A DNA stretch of 19,413 nucleotides from a virus (taxonomy: Duplodnaviria > Heunggongvirae > Uroviricota > Caudoviricetes): IMG/VR virus record IMGVR_UViG_2645727843_000010; one strand, written 5' to 3'. The position numbers and the translations under genes are program-made. Below the pieces are notes generated by a model. It had not been told where the DNA came from. It saw nothing but the letters and a program-made list of their open reading frames with translations, and ran no database searches. This document shows, one piece after another, positions 16,317-19,413 of the stretch (positions are counted from its first letter, which is position 1; every line of letters starts with the position of its first letter).

Positions 16317-17479
16317 TGCTGGATGCGCTGACATTTGATGCAGGCAGTACGCTGACGCCGGATTACATGCTGATGCTCGACAGCAGGGATATTACCGGCA
16401 ATATCAGCGACCGTCTGATGAGCATGACCCTGACGGATAACCGGGGCTTTGAGGCTGACCAGCTTGATATTGAACTGAACGATGCCGACGGGCAGGTCGG
16501 GCTGCCGGTTCGTGGCGCTGTCCTGACGGTTTATATCGGCTGGAAAGGTTTTGCCCTGGTATGCAAAGGGAAATTTACCGTTGATGAGGTTGAACACCGG
16601 GGCGCTCCGGATGTGGTCACCATCCGCGCCCGGAGTGCAGATTTTCGCGGGACGCTCAATTCCCGCCGGGAAGGCTCCTGGCATGACACCACGCTCGGTG
16701 CGATTGTTGAGGCGATAGCCTCCCGTAACAGGCTGGAAGCCAGTGTCGCTCCGTCACTGGCCGGAATTAAAATCCCGCACATCGACCAGTCGCAGGAGTC
16801 TGATGCGAAATTCCTGACCCGTCTTGCAGAACGCAACGGCGGTGAGGTCTCGGTAAAAATGGGAAAACTGTTGTTTCTCAAAGCGGGGCAGGGGGTGACG
16901 GCCAGCGGTAAAAAAATCCCGCAGGTCACCATAACCCGCAGCGACGGCGACCGCCACCATTTTGCGATTGCTGACCGTGGAGCCTATACCGGCGTAACGG
17001 CAAAGTGGCTTCACACCAAAGACCCGAAGCCGCAAAAGCAGAAGGTAAAACTGAAACGCAAAAAGAAAGAAAAACACCTGCGCGCACTGGAGCACCCGAA
17101 AGCGAAACCAGTCACGCAGAAGAAAGCGCCAAAAGTACCGGAAGCGCGCGAAGGTGAATACATGGCCGGTGAGGCTGACAACGTTTTTGCCCTGACCACG
17201 GTATATGCCACGAAAGCACAGGCCATGCGTGCTGCTCAGGCGAAGTGGGACAAACTGCAACGGGGCGTTGCGGAGTTCTCCATCATCCTGGCTACCGGTC
17301 GTGCAGATATTTACACGGAAACACCGGTCAGAGTGTCAGGCTTTAAGCGCGTCATAGACGAGCAGGACTGGACAATCACTAAGGTGACACATTTTCTGAA
17401 TAATAGCGGCTTCACGACGTCCCTGGAGCTTGAGGTCAGGCTTTCTGATGTGGAGTACGAAACAGAAGATGATGAGTGA
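16316..17479 (+). CDS. D: Tail protein D, 387 aa
   Basis: ATG overlaps the upstream stop (TAATG). Length and sequence match P2 gpD as recalled. Confidence 0.92.
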   Translation: MLDALTFDAGSTLTPDYMLMLDSRDITGNISDRLMSMTLTDNRGFEADQLDIELNDADGQVGLPVRGAVLTVYIGWKGFALVCKGKFTVDEVEHRGAPDVVTIRARSADFRGTLNSRREGSWHDTTLGAIVEAIASRNRLEASVAPSLAGIKIPHIDQSQESDAKFLTRLAERNGGEVSVKMGKLLFLKAGQGVTASGKKIPQVTITRSDGDRHHFAIADRGAYTGVTAKWLHTKDPKPQKQKVKLKRKKKEKHLRALEHPKAKPVTQKKAPKVPEAREGEYMAGEADNVFALTTVYATKAQAMRAAQAKWDKLQRGVAEFSIILATGRADIYTETPVRVSGFKRVIDEQDWTITKVTHFLNNSGFTTSLELEVRLSDVEYETEDDE

Positions 17480-17560
17480 TGTTTTTATTTTATCTATTTG
17501 TTTTATAAGGGTAAATTAACTAAAATGGCACCATCAACAAAACCGGAAGAGGTGCTCGCG

Positions 17561-17779
17561 ATGTTTCATTGTCCTTTATGCCAGCATGCCGCACATGCGC
17601 GTACAAGCCGCTATATCACTGACACGACAAAAGAGCGTTATCACCAGTGTCAGAACGTGAATTGCAGCGCCACGTTCATCACTTATGAGTCGGTACAGCG
17701 ATACATCGTGAAGCCGGGAGAAGTCCACGCCGTAAGACCGCACCCGTTGCCGTCAGGGCAGCAAATTATGTGGATGTAA
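17561..17779 (+). CDS. ogr: Ogr late-gene transcription activator, zinc finger, 72 aa
   Basis: ATG at 17561 (MFHCPLCQHAAHARTSRYITDTTKERYHQCQNVNCSATF...), four-Cys zinc finger. The track ORF starts at an upstream TTG. Matches P2 Ogr / E. coli OgrK length from memory. Confidence 0.95.
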   Translation: MFHCPLCQHAAHARTSRYITDTTKERYHQCQNVNCSATFITYESVQRYIVKPGEVHAVRPHPLPSGQQIMWM

Positions 17780-17792
17780 TTACAAACAGGAA

Positions 17793-17816
17793 GCCCCTCA
17801 GTCGAGGGGCTTTTTT
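17793..17816 (+). terminator. Rho-independent terminator after ogr (gcccctc-agtc-gaggggc then T6)
   Basis: Perfect 7-bp GC stem followed by TTTTTT. Confidence 0.8.
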
Positions 17817-17879
17817 GTCGATGTGGTCAATGTGTGGACGTGACCAGAAATAAATCCTTTTATTTCATTGTATTACGCG

Positions 17880-17967
17880 TAAAAAATAAGCCCGTGTAAG
17901 GGAGATTACACAGGCTAAGGAGGTGGTTCCTGGTACAGCTAGCATTTTATGGGTTATGTTTTTCAGC
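17880..17967 (-). ncRNA. cyaR: CyaR (RyeE) Hfq-dependent sRNA
   Basis: Reverse complement reads GCTGAAAAACATAACCCATAAAATGCTAGCTGTACCAGGAACCACCTCCTTAGCCTGTGTAATCTCCCTTACACGGGCTTATTTTTT, which matches CyaR as I recall it, including the CCACCTCC anti-Shine-Dalgarno region and the terminator hairpin plus U-tract. Ends are within about 2 nt. Confidence 0.88.
17881..17907. repeat. attR core, 27 bp, identical to 477-503; also the 3'-terminal 27 nt of cyaR
   Basis: Exact repeat read from sequence. Confidence 0.85.
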
Positions 17968-18002
17968 GAAACGGATGATAACCTTAATAAATGCAGCTGT
18001 AT

Positions 18003-18018
18003 GTGATCGGTTTCTAAG
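18003..18018. promoter_or_regulatory. Putative CRP site upstream of cyaR (TGTGA-N6-TCTAA)
   Basis: One consensus half-site and one weak half-site, centred about 43 nt upstream of the inferred CyaR 5' end, close to a class II position. cyaR is known to be CRP-activated. Confidence 0.5.
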
Positions 18019-18051
18019 AATTTTCCATCCGGGAAAAATAATCGAAATTAA

Positions 18052-19413
18052 TCACTTACCGTGGGGATTACGCGTGGTTTCCCCGGAGAAATTACGCATC
18101 AGCAGCGCGTAATTGAGCTCAAGATCCTGCGGGACCGGGAGCCACACAGTATAACCATCGCCTGGTGCTATCGGCATAGCTTCGCCTTTGGCGTTTTCCA
18201 TGTGCTCAAGGGTAAAATTAATGTTGCCTTGCGGCGTCATCAGCTCAAGGCTGTCGCCAACGGAGAATTTATTTTTCACCGCTACCGCCGCGAGGTCCCC
18301 CTTGCGCTCACCGGTAAACTCACCAACAAACTGCTGGCGGTCAGAAACTGAATAACCGTATTCGTAGTTCTGATAATCGTCGTGAGTATGACGACGCAGG
18401 AAACCTTCGGTATAGCCACGATGCGCCAGACCTTCCAGAGTTTCCAGCAGGCTGGTATCGAACGGTTTTCCCGCAGCGGCGTCATCGATAGCTTTGCGGT
18501 AAACCTGTGCGGTGCGTGCACAATAGTAGAAAGATTTGGTACGACCTTCGATTTTCAGCGAATGCACGCCCATTTTGGTCAGGCGTTCTACATGGGCGAT
18601 GGCGCGCAGATCTTTCGAGTTCATGATGTAAGTGCCGTGCTCATCTTCAAACGCGGTCATATACTCGCCCGGACGCTGGGCCTCTTCGATCATAAACACT
18701 TTGTCGGTTGGTGCGCCGATACCCAGCGTCGGCTCAACATTTTGCACCGGAATCGGCTCGTACTTGTGTACGATGTTGCCAACATCATCTTCTTTCCCTT
18801 CCTGGACGTTGTACTCCCAGCGGCAGGCGTTGGTGCAGGTGCCCTGGTTCGGGTCGCGCTTGTTGATATAGCCAGAGAGCAGGCAGCGACCGGAGTAGGC
18901 CATGCACAGCGCGCCGTGAACGAAGATCTCGATCTCCATATCCGGCACCTGATTGCGGATCTCTTCAATCTCTTCCAGCGACAGCTCGCGAGAGAGGATC
19001 ACGCGGGTCAGGCCCATTTGCTGCCAGAATTTCACCGTCGCCCAGTTCACGGCGTTAGCCTGCACCGAAAGGTGGATCGGCATTTCAGGGAAGTGCTCAC
19101 GCACCAGCATAATCAGCCCTGGATCGGACATAATCAGCGCATCCGGCCCCATTTCCACCACCGGTTTCAGGTCACGGATAAAGGTTTTCAGCTTGGCGTT
19201 GTGCGGTGCAATGTTGACCACGACATAAAACTTTTTCCCCAGCGCGTGGGCTTCATTGATGCCGAGCTGAAGATTTTCGTGGTTGAATTCGTTGTTGCGC
19301 ACACGCAGGGAATAACGCGGCTGGCCCGCATAAACAGCATCTGCGCCATAAGCGAAAGCGTAACGCATATTTTTCAGCGTTCCCGCCGGGGAAAGGAGTT
19401 CCGGTTTAAACAT
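18052..19413 (-). CDS. yegQ: Peptidase U32-family protein (YegQ/TrhP-like), 453 aa, host chromosomal flank
   Basis: Complete ORF whose ATG is the last 3 nt of the window. Sequence recognised as E. coli YegQ from memory; adjacent to cyaR as in E. coli. Confidence 0.88.
   Translation of the reverse strand: MFKPELLSPAGTLKNMRYAFAYGADAVYAGQPRYSLRVRNNEFNHENLQLGINEAHALGKKFYVVVNIAPHNAKLKTFIRDLKPVVEMGPDALIMSDPGLIMLVREHFPEMPIHLSVQANAVNWATVKFWQQMGLTRVILSRELSLEEIEEIRNQVPDMEIEIFVHGALCMAYSGRCLLSGYINKRDPNQGTCTNACRWEYNVQEGKEDDVGNIVHKYEPIPVQNVEPTLGIGAPTDKVFMIEEAQRPGEYMTAFEDEHGTYIMNSKDLRAIAHVERLTKMGVHSLKIEGRTKSFYYCARTAQVYRKAIDDAAAGKPFDTSLLETLEGLAHRGYTEGFLRRHTHDDYQNYEYGYSVSDRQQFVGEFTGERKGDLAAVAVKNKFSVGDSLELMTPQGNINFTLEHMENAKGEAMPIAPGDGYTVWLPVPQDLELNYALLMRNFSGETTRNPHGK

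Larger units (their letters stand above)
477..17907. mobile_element. Defective P2-family prophage (about 17.4 kb) integrated at the cyaR 3' end, missing all morphogenesis genes between O and U
   Basis: Bounded by identical 27-bp direct repeats. P2-like synteny int-C-cox-B-A ... cos-Q-P-O ... D-ogr. Int lies next to the left repeat and Ogr next to the right, as expected for an integrated P2. Confidence 0.9.

Noticed and set aside
16531-17260. Antisense ORFs of 71-168 aa inside D
   Set aside because: Overlap a recognised tail gene on the opposite strand; no start signals.
17498-17779. 93-aa extended Ogr ORF from the track
   Set aside because: The track start is a TTG. The internal ATG at 17561 gives the 72-aa length I recall for P2 Ogr and E. 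coli OgrK, beginning MFHCPLCQ.
1-19413. CRISPR arrays, tRNA or rRNA genes, insertion-sequence transposases
   Set aside because: No spacer-repeat periodicity, no tRNA-like structure at the att site (integration is into the CyaR sRNA 3' end instead), and no transposase-like ORF or terminal inverted repeats were seen.

Overview
The window runs from the start codon of a small lipoprotein gene (yegR-like, 1-318) to the start codon of a U32-peptidase gene (yegQ/trhP-like, 18052-19413, minus strand). Almost everything between them is a defective P2-family prophage of about 17.4 kb (477-17907), integrated at the 3' end of the CyaR sRNA gene and bounded by a perfect 27-bp direct repeat (attL 477-503, attR 17881-17907). 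Gene order is int(-), C(-), cox, orf78, B, orf80-83, A, an ASCH-like gene, an AT-rich cargo island, cos, Q(-), P(-), a chimeric O::U gene, D and ogr. All morphogenesis genes between capsid-scaffold O and tail gene U are missing, and the deletion left an in-frame O-U fusion (junction near 15848). The cargo island (about 7106-12060) sits where P2 carries tin/old and holds two convergent cassettes. One is an AAA+ ATPase plus subtilisin-like S8 protease pair (10709-11872 and 8448-10712, minus strand), which resembles the IetA/IetS defence pair. The other is a tightly coupled operon of a 78-aa charged protein and a 253-aa three-helix membrane protein (7414-8414) that I cannot place in any family; this is the best candidate for an undescribed system. 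All calls rest on reading the sequence and recalled protein families; no database search was run.
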